In this document: one piece after another, positions 19,416 through 29,075 of the stretch
Layout of the letters: every line of letters starts with the position of its first letter
How positions within the stretch are numbered: position 1 is the stretch's first letter
Assembly: GCA_963668175.1 (NCBI GenBank)
Contig: OY764159.1
Span: 4,480,001 to 4,544,000 of the forward strand
Length of the DNA stretch: 64,000 bases
From: Syntrophales bacterium
Lineage (GTDB): Bacteria; Desulfobacterota; Syntrophia; Syntrophales; PHBD01
Reading direction: 5' to 3'
Translations under genes and position numbers: made by a program
The notes under the pieces: generated by a model
What the model saw: only the letters and a program-made list of their open reading frames with translations
Database searches by the model: none
Told to the model about the DNA's origin: nothing

Positions 19416-21158
19416 ATGATGAAAGACTCTTCTCTGGGAAAACGTTTATTGCAGGGCATATCGCCGGGAATAATCGTCGGGGCGCTCGTCGTGCTTCTGC
19501 CTATCTTCATCTTCCTGGCCCTCGACAACATTAATAAACAGAAAGAACAGACGATCAGGCTTTTAACCGAAAAAGGCGCAGCCCTGATCCGCTCCTTTGA
19601 AGCGGGAGCCAGAACGGGAGCAGGAATGCATTGGGGGGTATTTCAGCTTCAGAAATTGCTCGTGGAAACAGCCCAGCAACCGGATATCGACTACCTGATC
19701 GTCACCGATGAACAAGGTCTCATCCTGGCGGACAGCGATCCCTCCATGGTGGGGGAGCGTCATGGCACGAACCTTAACCTTGTCCATATCGCCCAATCGA
19801 AGAGTGTCGCCTGGAGGCAGGTCCAGAATTCAGTGGGTGCCGACACCTTTGAAGTCTTCCGAGGATTCGCACCGACAGAAGACGGATTCAGCGGTTTCCG
19901 ACAGGAAGCAAGAAGCGGAAGAATAAAGCAAGAGGGAAAGAACGAACGCTATGTCATTTTCGTCGGACTCAACATGGAGAGCATAGAAACGGCAAGGGTC
20001 CAGGATATGCATCATACCATCTGGATGGCTGCGATCTTTCTCCTGGCCGGTTTCTTCGGGATCGCCGCTCTATTCCTCGCCCAGGGCTATCGAACGACCC
20101 GCGTCTCCCTCTCGAGGATACAGGCTTTCTCCGACAGTCTGGTGGAGAATATGCCCATAGGCATCATTGCCGTCGATGGCGACAACCGCATCGCCTCCTA
20201 CAACCAGGCGGCCGAAACGATCCTGGGATATCGGACCATGGATATCGTCGGCAGGAAAGCGGAGGATGTTCTGCCTGTTCCCTGCCAGGCCATTTTGGAG
20301 ACAATGAAATCGCAGGAAGCCGTCGTCGAAAAGGAGGTCGAATGCCCGACGCGGGACGGCAGAACAACGCCTCTGGAAATCCTCGGAACGCCACTGCGGG
20401 ACGATGACGGAAACCTGATTGCCCATGTGGTTCTGCTCAGGGATCTGACAGAGGTGATTTATCTTAAAAGAGAAGTCGCCAGAAGCCAGCGTCTGGCATC
20501 GCTGGGACGTCTCGCCGCTGGCGTTGCCCATGAAATCCGCAATCCTTTGAGTTCGATCAAAGGATTTGCCACCTATTTCCGGGAACGTTACCGGGACAAC
20601 GCCCAGGATGCCGGAACGGCGGAGATCATGATCCAGGAAGTGGAACGTCTGAATCGCGTCATCAGCCAGTTGCTGGAATTCGCAAGGCCGCTGCAGATGA
20701 CGCTACAGGATGTCTCCCTGCCTTCCATAGTCCGTCATACCCTGAAGATGATCGAAGGACAGGCGCGGGAACACAGGATCGACATCCGAACCGATCTGCC
20801 CGAAGACATGAAGCCTATCGCTGCCGATCCGGATAAATTAAAGCAGGTTTTTCTCAATCTATACTTAAACAGCATAACCGCCATGGAAAACGGCGGCACC
20901 CTGACCGTCTCGGCCGCACGGGAAGAACATCATACGGTCCGCGTCGATATAACCGATACGGGAAGAGGCATTCCGGCGGAAGACCTGGGGCGGATTTTCG
21001 ACCCCTATTTTACAACGAAGCCGACGGGAACCGGCCTGGGACTGGCCATCGTTTACAAGATCGTCGAGGCCCACGGCGGCGAAATCCGGGTAACCAGCGC
21101 CGTCGGCAGCGGAACGACCGTGTCGATCTATTTGCCGACCATGAAGAAAGACAGGTGA
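19416..21158 (+). CDS. Sensor histidine kinase, ZraS/HydH-like (2 TM, PAS, HisKA, HATPase)
   Basis: LAAGVAHEIRNPLSSIKGFA, QVFLNLYLN, DTGRGI, FDPYFTTKPTGTGLGLA. Confidence 0.93.
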   Translation: MMKDSSLGKRLLQGISPGIIVGALVVLLPIFIFLALDNINKQKEQTIRLLTEKGAALIRSFEAGARTGAGMHWGVFQLQKLLVETAQQPDIDYLIVTDEQGLILADSDPSMVGERHGTNLNLVHIAQSKSVAWRQVQNSVGADTFEVFRGFAPTEDGFSGFRQEARSGRIKQEGKNERYVIFVGLNMESIETARVQDMHHTIWMAAIFLLAGFFGIAALFLAQGYRTTRVSLSRIQAFSDSLVENMPIGIIAVDGDNRIASYNQAAETILGYRTMDIVGRKAEDVLPVPCQAILETMKSQEAVVEKEVECPTRDGRTTPLEILGTPLRDDDGNLIAHVVLLRDLTEVIYLKREVARSQRLASLGRLAAGVAHEIRNPLSSIKGFATYFRERYRDNAQDAGTAEIMIQEVERLNRVISQLLEFARPLQMTLQDVSLPSIVRHTLKMIEGQAREHRIDIRTDLPEDMKPIAADPDKLKQVFLNLYLNSITAMENGGTLTVSAAREEHHTVRVDITDTGRGIPAEDLGRIFDPYFTTKPTGTGLGLAIVYKIVEAHGGEIRVTSAVGSGTTVSIYLPTMKKDR

Positions 21159-21159
21159 C

Positions 21160-22524
21160 ATGATGAAGACGAAGAATACCATACTGGTCGTCGATGACGA
21201 CCTGGCCCATCGCACGATGCTGCGGACGCTTGTTTCCGGGTGGGGCTACAGTGTCTCCGAGGCGGACGACGGAGAGAGCGCCATCGCGGCCGTCCGGGAG
21301 AAGCCTTACGACCTGATCCTCATGGATGTCCGCATGATCAAAGTGTCAGGACTCACGGCCCTTTCCGAAATCAAGGCCTTCAATCCGGCGATCCCCGTCA
21401 TTATCATGACGGCATACGCATCCGTGGAGACGGCGGTCGAAGCCCTGAAGAAAGGGGCCTACGACTATCTCACCAAACCCCTCGATTTTGACGAACTGCG
21501 CCTGACCATTGAAAGGGCGATGGAGCACACGCATCTCAGGGAAGAAAACCTGCTCCTCAAGGAGTCATTGGGCAGCCGGTTCGATCGCGGCAATCTTATC
21601 GGCCGCTCCGTCGCCATGACGAAACTCCTGGATACCGTGGCCATGGTCGCCCCCTCGGAGGCGACGGTGCTTATTGACGGCGAATCGGGGACCGGCAAGG
21701 AGATGATCGCCGGCGCCATCCACTTCAACAGCGCAAGAAAGAACAGTCCTTTCGTGAAAATAAATTGCGCAGCCATCACGGAAACCCTGCTCGAATCGGA
21801 ACTCTTCGGTCACGAAAAAGGGTCCTTCACGGGCGCCGACCGCCGTAAGGAAGGCAAATTCCGGCAGGCCGAAGGAGGAAGCATCTTCCTCGACGAGGTC
21901 AGCGAAATGTCCCTGCCCATGCAGGTGAAGTTGCTGCGCGTGCTGCAGGAACGCGAGATCACCCGCGTCGGCGGAGAGGAAGTCATCAAGGTTGACGTGC
22001 GTGTCATTGCGGCGACCAACCGGGACCTCATCAAAGATATGGAAAACGGACGATTCCGCGAGGACCTTTACTACCGGTTGAATGTCGTTACGCTTCATGT
22101 CCCGCCCCTCAGGGATCGCAGGGAGGATATACCTCTCCTTGCCCAGCATTTCCTGAAGGCCTTCGCGCAGAAGAACCGCAAAGAGATTCAAGGTTTCACG
22201 CCGCAGGCCATGGATCGTCTCTTGAAATACCCGTGGCCGGGCAATGTTCGCGAACTCATGAATGCCGTCGAGCGGGGCGTGGTTCTCGCCAGATCGGAAT
22301 ATCTCGATCTCGAAGAACTGCCCTTGATCCTTCGGGACCGGCAGGAAGAGAACCATTCGTTCGCGGCCGTCGATCTAGCCGAAGCGCCGCTGGACGCAGT
22401 AGAGAAGGCAACGATTTTGAAGACACTGGACGCGGCGGCGGGCAACAAAAGCGAAGCCGCCCGGCGTTTGGGCATCACCAGGCGGACCCTTCACAAGAAG
22501 CTGAAAAGTTACGGTATGATGTAA
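21160..22524 (+). CDS. Sigma54-dependent response regulator, ZraR/AtoC-like
   Basis: Receiver domain (VVDDD, LMDVRM, KP), [22 protein letters not shown], Fis-type HTH. Confidence 0.95.
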   Translation: MMKTKNTILVVDDDLAHRTMLRTLVSGWGYSVSEADDGESAIAAVREKPYDLILMDVRMIKVSGLTALSEIKAFNPAIPVIIMTAYASVETAVEALKKGAYDYLTKPLDFDELRLTIERAMEHTHLREENLLLKESLGSRFDRGNLIGRSVAMTKLLDTVAMVAPSEATVLIDGESGTGKEMIAGAIHFNSARKNSPFVKINCAAITETLLESELFGHEKGSFTGADRRKEGKFRQAEGGSIFLDEVSEMSLPMQVKLLRVLQEREITRVGGEEVIKVDVRVIAATNRDLIKDMENGRFREDLYYRLNVVTLHVPPLRDRREDIPLLAQHFLKAFAQKNRKEIQGFTPQAMDRLLKYPWPGNVRELMNAVERGVVLARSEYLDLEELPLILRDRQEENHSFAAVDLAEAPLDAVEKATILKTLDAAAGNKSEAARRLGITRRTLHKKLKSYGMM

Positions 22525-22750
22525 CGGATTTCCGGCATCGTATTCCCTGTCGGGACGCCACAAACACATGCGGACGGAACCATAAGGCGAGCCGCCTCCC
22601 GGGCGTCATGGACGTACCGATGATCCGGAAAAATCTTTACATTATCACAAAATTATGGAAGCAATGGCGTCGCATTATATCCCGGAGTTTTCGGGATCCA
22701 GGCCATTTCTCCATCGATAGCCCTGGATATCACGGCATGGCGGTTCATTC

Positions 22751-23509
22751 ATGAAAACGGTCAAAGAAGGAAAAGAGCGATACCCGCTGGTGAGGGAAAT
22801 GAACGCTGCCCAGCAGACCGGCATGGTCCGCGAGGTGTTCTCCACGATACACGAGCGATACGATTTCCTGAACCACCTGTTCAGCATGAGGCGGGATATC
22901 GCCTGGAGGCGCTTTGCCGCCGGCAAGATGATCTTTTTCGATACCCGCCGTTACCTCGATGTGGCAACGGGAACGGGCGACCTGGCTGTCGAAGCGGCAT
23001 CACTCCACAAGAATATTAACGTTGTCGGCCTCGATTTCGTCCGCATCATGATGACGGTCGCTTCACGGAAACTTGAAGACCGCCGCCTTGCCGAGCGCGT
23101 CCACCTGGTCCAGGGAGATGCGCTGAATCTGCCTTTCTCCGATAATCACTTCGACGTGACGGGAATCGCCTTCGGCATCCGGAATATACCTGCCAGAGAG
23201 AAGGCGCTGAACGAGATGCAGCGCGTCACGGTCCCCGGCGGCCAGGTCATGGTTCTCGAAATGAACGCCCCGCAGAGCAAATGGATCAAAACGCTTTATT
23301 CCCGTTACCTGGTGCACATCCTTCCGTATTCCGCCCGCTTCTTTTCCCGCAACCCCGCCGCATACGCCTACCTGGCCGATTCCATCATCCACTTCCCTTC
23401 TCCCGAGGAATTTGTCCGTATCATGACCGGGACGGGACTTCAGGATGTCCGGAAGTACCACCTCTCCTGGGGAATCACGCATCTGTACATCGGCGTTAAA
23501 GCGCGATAG
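22751..23509 (+). CDS. ubiE: UbiE/MenG-family quinone C-methyltransferase
   Basis: YDFLNHLFS, LDVATGTGD, GDALNLPFSDNHFD, AFGIRN, AYAYLADSI. Confidence 0.88.
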   Translation: MKTVKEGKERYPLVREMNAAQQTGMVREVFSTIHERYDFLNHLFSMRRDIAWRRFAAGKMIFFDTRRYLDVATGTGDLAVEAASLHKNINVVGLDFVRIMMTVASRKLEDRRLAERVHLVQGDALNLPFSDNHFDVTGIAFGIRNIPAREKALNEMQRVTVPGGQVMVLEMNAPQSKWIKTLYSRYLVHILPYSARFFSRNPAAYAYLADSIIHFPSPEEFVRIMTGTGLQDVRKYHLSWGITHLYIGVKAR

Positions 23510-23755
23510 GATGAGGAGCATGACTAGCGTTAACACTCATTGCTTTCATGCCACGCCCGATGCCGCTGGCAAACGGGGAAACACAAGATGAGCATAATTG
23601 ACTCCTATTAACAAAAGTGATATTATAATTATATATTGTCTATGATCGTTGCAGCATGGATGATGATAAAGTCGGGCCGATGGCGGGCAGTTCCTTTAAT
23701 ATGAATGATAACCATGAGTTCTGCAACCGGAATGACCGGATAAGGAGAGGTTATT

Positions 23756-25030
23756 ATGTTAACGGCAATACACATGATCATCATCGCAGCACTCGGCGGG
23801 CTTATTGTGTTTGTACTATCCCGCGTCGCCCGCAAGAGTGACCCCGGGACGAACGAAGAAACAACTGCTGGAGGAAAGAGAAGAAGCAGCCCCATCGTTT
23901 TTGCGGCCTTGACTATAGCATCCCTGGCTGCCGTTGCATTTGCCGTTTACAAATTCATGCCTTCGGACGCTTCCGCACCTTCGGCCCGGACGGCGCTGCA
24001 TCCGGGCCAAGGCACAATGCCCCCGCAGAACACTTATGTGTACATCCCGCCCCCTTCTAGCGACTTGGAAGGCAAACCCGTACCGCCGCCCCCGCCCCCC
24101 ACGGCACAAGAGACACAGACGATCAACGCCCTCTACCAGAAAATAGGACCTTCGGTGGTTTTTGTTATGACGAGTAAAACCAACAACCAACAGGGCTTTG
24201 GAAGCGGATTCTTCATCAATCATAAGGGAGACGTCATCACCAACCACCATGTTCTAAGGGATGCGAATTCAGCTAAAATCAGGACGGCCGGGGGCACAGA
24301 ATACGAAATCAGGAGCGTTCTCGCCGAGGACGTGGCCAACGATCTCGTCATGGTGTCGGTGAAGATCAACTCCGGGGAGGCTCGTCCTTTATCCGTGAGC
24401 GCCTCCCCCCCGTCGATCAGAGAAAGGGTAATCGTGGTGGGAAGTCCCGCTGGTCTGGAACAAACCGTGACGGACGGCATCGTCTCCGCATTGGGAAGAA
24501 CCTTCATGGGCGCGGGAAAATTCACTCAGATATCAGCTCCGATCTCTCCGGGTTCGAGCGGAAGCCCGGTCGTGAATATGAAAGGAGAAGTCATCGGTGT
24601 TGCCAGCGGCGCTTACGTCGGAAATAACGCCCAGAATATCAATTTTTGTTCCGCGGCCGAGAACATCACGGCCCTTTCCCCGGGAAACGGATATTCTCTG
24701 GGCAAGATGGATAAGCCGGCCTGGGCCGTTGCCGCTGAAAAAAGAAAGTCCGAAGAGGAAGACAGAATCCGGCAGCAACAGCAGCGTCAGAAGATGATCG
24801 CCGACATCCACAGCATGACCGACCAGGCTTACACCAAGGCAACGGCTGGCGACAACCAGACGGCCTACCAGCTTTACGAAAAATGCGTATCCCTCTGCCG
24901 CCAGATCGAAGACAACAGATGTATAGGCACCTATCTGCGCAATATGGGCATCATCCTCGAAAGGATGGGGAAGCGGGAAGAGGCGCAGCTATATTACATA
25001 AAAGCCTCCGAAGCCCTTGCAAAGAACTGA
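23756..25030 (+). CDS. Membrane-anchored trypsin-like serine protease with C-terminal TPR-like helices
   Basis: Two N-terminal hydrophobic segments, Pro-rich linker, GSGFFI...TNHHV, NDLVMV, ISPGSSGSPV; tail YLRNMGIILERMGKREEAQLYYIKA. Confidence 0.88.
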   Translation: MLTAIHMIIIAALGGLIVFVLSRVARKSDPGTNEETTAGGKRRSSPIVFAALTIASLAAVAFAVYKFMPSDASAPSARTALHPGQGTMPPQNTYVYIPPPSSDLEGKPVPPPPPPTAQETQTINALYQKIGPSVVFVMTSKTNNQQGFGSGFFINHKGDVITNHHVLRDANSAKIRTAGGTEYEIRSVLAEDVANDLVMVSVKINSGEARPLSVSASPPSIRERVIVVGSPAGLEQTVTDGIVSALGRTFMGAGKFTQISAPISPGSSGSPVVNMKGEVIGVASGAYVGNNAQNINFCSAAENITALSPGNGYSLGKMDKPAWAVAAEKRKSEEEDRIRQQQQRQKMIADIHSMTDQAYTKATAGDNQTAYQLYEKCVSLCRQIEDNRCIGTYLRNMGIILERMGKREEAQLYYIKASEALAKN

Positions 25031-25105
25031 AAGACGAGGTAAAGGCTGGTCGACAGCTATGTCAGTCGGGAATATATTTACAGCTTCACAGGACACAGAT
25101 ACCCT

Positions 25106-25528
25106 ATGGACAAGAAACCTTTGCACAAGAACTTCGAAATCGCTCGGTCGGTGCCGTTTTACGATCTGGATCCCATCCAGGTCGTCTGGCACGGCAACTA
25201 CCTCAACTACTTCGAGGATGCACGCGTAGCCCTTTTCAGCGAGAACGGCATCGACCTTTTCGATTTCTACAAGAAGAGCAGCATCATTTTCCCCATCACG
25301 AAAACCTCGACCAAACACATACAGCCTCTCCGCTACAGGGACGAATTCATCTGCAAAGCCACGATGGTCGATGCCCGGTTCAAGCTGGTCGTCGATTTTG
25401 AAATCAGGATGGCGTCGGACGGCAAGATCTGCACGCGAGGAAGGACGGAGCAGGTGGCGGTCAAAACCCCGGAGATGGAGATCCTTTTCGCCATTCCGGA
25501 TGAAATCCGCGTAGCGCTGGGATTCTGA
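25106..25528 (+). CDS. Acyl-CoA/ACP thioesterase (4HBT/YbgC hotdog fold)
   Basis: FYDLDPIQVVWHGNYLNYFEDAR. Confidence 0.9.
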   Translation: MDKKPLHKNFEIARSVPFYDLDPIQVVWHGNYLNYFEDARVALFSENGIDLFDFYKKSSIIFPITKTSTKHIQPLRYRDEFICKATMVDARFKLVVDFEIRMASDGKICTRGRTEQVAVKTPEMEILFAIPDEIRVALGF

Positions 25529-25529
25529 C

Positions 25530-27239
25530 ATGCCGATGTTCGATCGGGCATTCATGGCAGGCACGGAAAGGGTGGCCGCCTGGGCGGACCTTCTGGACAG
25601 GGTCAATGTTTTCCCCGTTGCCGACGGCGATACGGGAAGAAATCTCGTCATCAGTCTCGCGCCGCTTCGCCGTCCGTTAGAAAACTCGAAGTCCGCCGCC
25701 CGGGACCTGCTTCTTGCGGCCCGCGGCAATTCAGGCAATATCGCCGCCCGTTTCTTCTCAAGCTTTATTGAAGTCGACTCCCTGGATAATCTCGCCCGCT
25801 ATGCCCGCAGAGGCCGTGAAGAGGCCTGGAAGGCGATTCACGATCCCAAACCCGGGACCATGCTGAGCCTTTTCGATGCCCTCGCCGACATCCTGCAGCC
25901 GATGAAGTTTCCTGCCGATATCGATTGGGTCCGGCATGTCGTGGACCATCTGGAAAAAATCGTCCGGACAACACCGGATTTCCAGCCGAAACTGAAGAGG
26001 GCCGGAGTCGTCGATGCCGGAGCGCTGGGGATGTTCATCTTCTTTGACGGTTTCTTCAACACCCTCATCGGAAAACCGGATGGTTTTCGCCCGATATCGT
26101 CGGCCTTTGAAGGAATGATCGAGATCAGCCCCTCCTTTCGGGAAGAGGCTGATTCCGGGTATTGCATCGATACCGTTCTTCAGGGATCGGTTTATTCCGG
26201 CGAAACGGTGCAGCGTCTCACGGCCATCGGCGACAGCATCACGGTCTCCGGCGACGGTCACCTTCTCAAGATCCACCTCCACACCCAAGATGAACAAGAC
26301 GCCCGCGAGAAGCTTGCTTCATTTGGGAAAGCAGTCCGGTGGTCTTGCGACGACCTAGGAGAACAGATCCGGACGTTCCGATCCGCCGGACCGAAGCAGG
26401 CCGTCCATCTCATGACCGATGCGGCCGGCTCGGTTACACGTCAGGACAGCCGCCGATACGGGTTCACTCTCTTGGACAGCTACATCGCCGTCGGCGACAG
26501 ATCCTTGCCCGAGACCCTCTTTCAGCCCGAAGAAGTCTACAGGGCCATGAAGGAAGGCACGAAGGTTTCAACGTCGCAGGCCTCCGTTTTTGAACGTCAT
26601 CAGTGCTATCAAGCGGTCCTCGATCTCTACCCCACGGTTCTTTACGTGTCCGTCGGTTCTGTTTTCACGGGCAATTATGAGACGGCGACGGCGTGGAAGA
26701 AACAGTACGATCTGAACGGCAGGTTCCATGTCATCGACTCGCAGTCCGCATCGGGACGGCTGGGACTCGCCTTTCTGGCCGTCGCCAAATATGCCGCGAA
26801 CGTCGGCGATGCCGGCGATATCGCCATGTATGCGGAAGCGGCCGTCCGGCAGTGCCGCGAGTACATCTTTCTCGACAGCCTGAAATATCTGGCGGCTGGA
26901 GGCAGGCTTTCAAAAACGGGCGCATTTTTCGGCGACCTGATGCACATGAAACCGGTTGTAAGCCCGACGGCGGAAGGCGCAAAAAAAATCGGCGTAACGA
27001 GAAACCAAGAGGATCAGATTCGATTTGCCATCGATAAGTTGACTGAAATCTCCCAGGGGCAAGAGATGATGATCATGCTCGAATTCAGCGATAACTATCC
27101 CTGGGTGCGGGATGAAGTCAGGCCCCTGATCGAACGCTGTTGCCCCGCATCGGAGATATTGATGCAGCCGCTGTCGCTGACGACGGGGGTCCATACGGGA
27201 CCGGGGACATGGGGCATTGCTTTTCTGCCAACGGTATGA
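25530..27239 (+). CDS. DAK2 (FakA-like) - DegV (FakB-like) fusion, putative single-chain fatty acid kinase
   Basis: VNVFPVADGDTGRNL, ARGNSG, PGTML, VVDAGA, GYCID...KIHLHT, followed by DegV motifs MTDAA, STSQAS, IDSQSAS, LAAGGRL, GVHTGPG. Confidence 0.88.
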   Translation: MPMFDRAFMAGTERVAAWADLLDRVNVFPVADGDTGRNLVISLAPLRRPLENSKSAARDLLLAARGNSGNIAARFFSSFIEVDSLDNLARYARRGREEAWKAIHDPKPGTMLSLFDALADILQPMKFPADIDWVRHVVDHLEKIVRTTPDFQPKLKRAGVVDAGALGMFIFFDGFFNTLIGKPDGFRPISSAFEGMIEISPSFREEADSGYCIDTVLQGSVYSGETVQRLTAIGDSITVSGDGHLLKIHLHTQDEQDAREKLASFGKAVRWSCDDLGEQIRTFRSAGPKQAVHLMTDAAGSVTRQDSRRYGFTLLDSYIAVGDRSLPETLFQPEEVYRAMKEGTKVSTSQASVFERHQCYQAVLDLYPTVLYVSVGSVFTGNYETATAWKKQYDLNGRFHVIDSQSASGRLGLAFLAVAKYAANVGDAGDIAMYAEAAVRQCREYIFLDSLKYLAAGGRLSKTGAFFGDLMHMKPVVSPTAEGAKKIGVTRNQEDQIRFAIDKLTEISQGQEMMIMLEFSDNYPWVRDEVRPLIERCCPASEILMQPLSLTTGVHTGPGTWGIAFLPTV

Positions 27240-27272
27240 CGGGAGCCCCACGGCAAGGACAAAGAAATCGCG

Positions 27273-27992
27273 ATGACGCCAGAATCTTTTTCCATCATTA
27301 TTCCCGCATACAATCATGCCGGAGAGGTCGCTTCCGTCGTCAGGAAGGCCCTCGCTCTCGGCATGCCCGTCTTCGTCGTCGATGACGGCTCCTCGGATTC
27401 GACCTTCGACCAAATCAGAGAAATACCCGGCATCACCATACTTCGCCACAGAACAAACATGGGCAAGGGCGAAGCCATCCTCACGGGCTTCAAGGCCGCT
27501 GCACCAACCGCGCAATGGGCCGTCACCATCGATGCGGACGGCCAGCACCATCCGGAGGATTGCGTCAAGCTCATCGCGGCCGTTCCCGAAGGACAAAGGC
27601 CGATTGTCGTGGGCAAGAGGGAAGGCATGTACTCGGCCGAAGTCCCCTGGTCAAGCCGCTTCGGCCGCAAGTTTTCCAATTTCTGGGTCCGCGCCTCCGG
27701 AGGACCGCCTATAACGGACACCCAGAGCGGCATGAGGCTCTACCCTCTCCCCGAATCACTTCATCTTTCCGTTCTGTCGCGCCGCTTTCAATTCGAGGTC
27801 GAGGTCCTCGTCAAGGCCTCCTGGCGGCGCATACCGGTGATCGAAGCCCCCATCGGCGTCACCTACCAGGTCGGAGAGAAGCGGGTCAGCCACTACCGAG
27901 GCTTCGTCGATTTCATGAGAAACGCCGCGGTATTTACCCGTCTTATTTTCATGAGAATTGTGATCCCCTCGTCCTGGCGCGCCCGCTATTAA
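27273..27992 (+). CDS. Glycosyltransferase family 2
   Basis: IIIPAYNH, VVDDGSSD, NMGKGEA, TIDADGQH, DTQSGMRLYPL. Confidence 0.92.
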   Translation: MTPESFSIIIPAYNHAGEVASVVRKALALGMPVFVVDDGSSDSTFDQIREIPGITILRHRTNMGKGEAILTGFKAAAPTAQWAVTIDADGQHHPEDCVKLIAAVPEGQRPIVVGKREGMYSAEVPWSSRFGRKFSNFWVRASGGPPITDTQSGMRLYPLPESLHLSVLSRRFQFEVEVLVKASWRRIPVIEAPIGVTYQVGEKRVSHYRGFVDFMRNAAVFTRLIFMRIVIPSSWRARY

Positions 27993-28154
27993 CGGAAAGC
28001 GTCTCTTTCACCCGGTCTTTTGTCCTGAGCATGAGAGGAAAAATACGGATAGCCGTATAGGAACAGCAGGAAAAGACAGGAGGGCGGAACTGCAACAGAC
28101 TTCGTTTAAGGCCGTTGCGGGCGGGAAAGGCTGTCGCCCCGGGCATTCCGGTTC

Positions 28155-29075
28155 TCAGCCGAGAAATCCCTGGATGATCCGGTTGACGGCCTCTTCGTAG
28201 GATAAACCGAGACTCATAAGTTTTGTAAGCTGGTCGCTGGCGATCTTGCCGATGGAGGCTTCATGGGTCAATTCGGCGTCGGGATGGCGCGCCTTAAGTG
28301 AAGGGACCGTATCGCTGGTTCCGTTATCCATAATGATCGCATCGCATTCGACGTGCCCGAAGCTCTTGGCACGGGCCTCAATGGTGGCGAAGAAATTCTG
28401 CTGGGAATTGCCCTTGATGACCGACCGGGCGATCATGTTGGCGCGGCTGAGGTCGCCGGCAAGGATGATGTCCGTTTTGGATACGGCGTTCTGGCTGAAA
28501 TCCGTCAACACCTTTTCCGTGATCAACAGCATGCTGCCTGCTTCCAGGGTGGCCTCGTTGACCCGATTCGCCTCGTCGACGCCGCCGATCTGGGTGAGTT
28601 CCATGTCGACCTGGGCATCTTCGGCGAGAAATACCTTCGTCGACGGGTTCAGCGATCGTTTGCCCTTCCCGGCACCGGTGGCAAAATGCTTCTCCACGTA
28701 TTTGACCTTGGCCCCGCGATCAACGTGAAATTCGTGGATGCCGGCGTGCCCCTCCGCCTCCGGACCGCCACAGTGGATTCCGCATCCGGCGACGATCGTG
28801 ATATCGGACTCGGCGCCGATAACGAATTTATTGTATACGACGTCGTAGAGCCCGGCCAGGCTCAGGATGACGGGAATATGAACCGATTCGTTCACCGTCC
28901 CCGGTTTGACGGTGACGGTAATACCGGTCCCATCCGCGTGGCTTTCAATATTGATGTTCGCGGAGACTTCCCGCGCCAGCAGCTGACCGTTCTTTCTGAT
29001 GTTGAAAGCACCTTTGGGAAGCCCTTCCAAATCGGCAACGGCTTTCAGCAGTTCCTTATCTAAAGCATTCATCAT
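28155..29075 (-). CDS. sufB: Short SufB/SufD-family Fe-S scaffold (SmsB-like)
   Basis: About 306 aa beta-helix core with AGCGIHC, GHVECDAII, ELTHEASIGKI, LMSLGLSYEEA. Confidence 0.85.
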   Translation of the reverse strand: MMNALDKELLKAVADLEGLPKGAFNIRKNGQLLAREVSANINIESHADGTGITVTVKPGTVNESVHIPVILSLAGLYDVVYNKFVIGAESDITIVAGCGIHCGGPEAEGHAGIHEFHVDRGAKVKYVEKHFATGAGKGKRSLNPSTKVFLAEDAQVDMELTQIGGVDEANRVNEATLEAGSMLLITEKVLTDFSQNAVSKTDIILAGDLSRANMIARSVIKGNSQQNFFATIEARAKSFGHVECDAIIMDNGTSDTVPSLKARHPDAELTHEASIGKIASDQLTKLMSLGLSYEEAVNRIIQGFLG

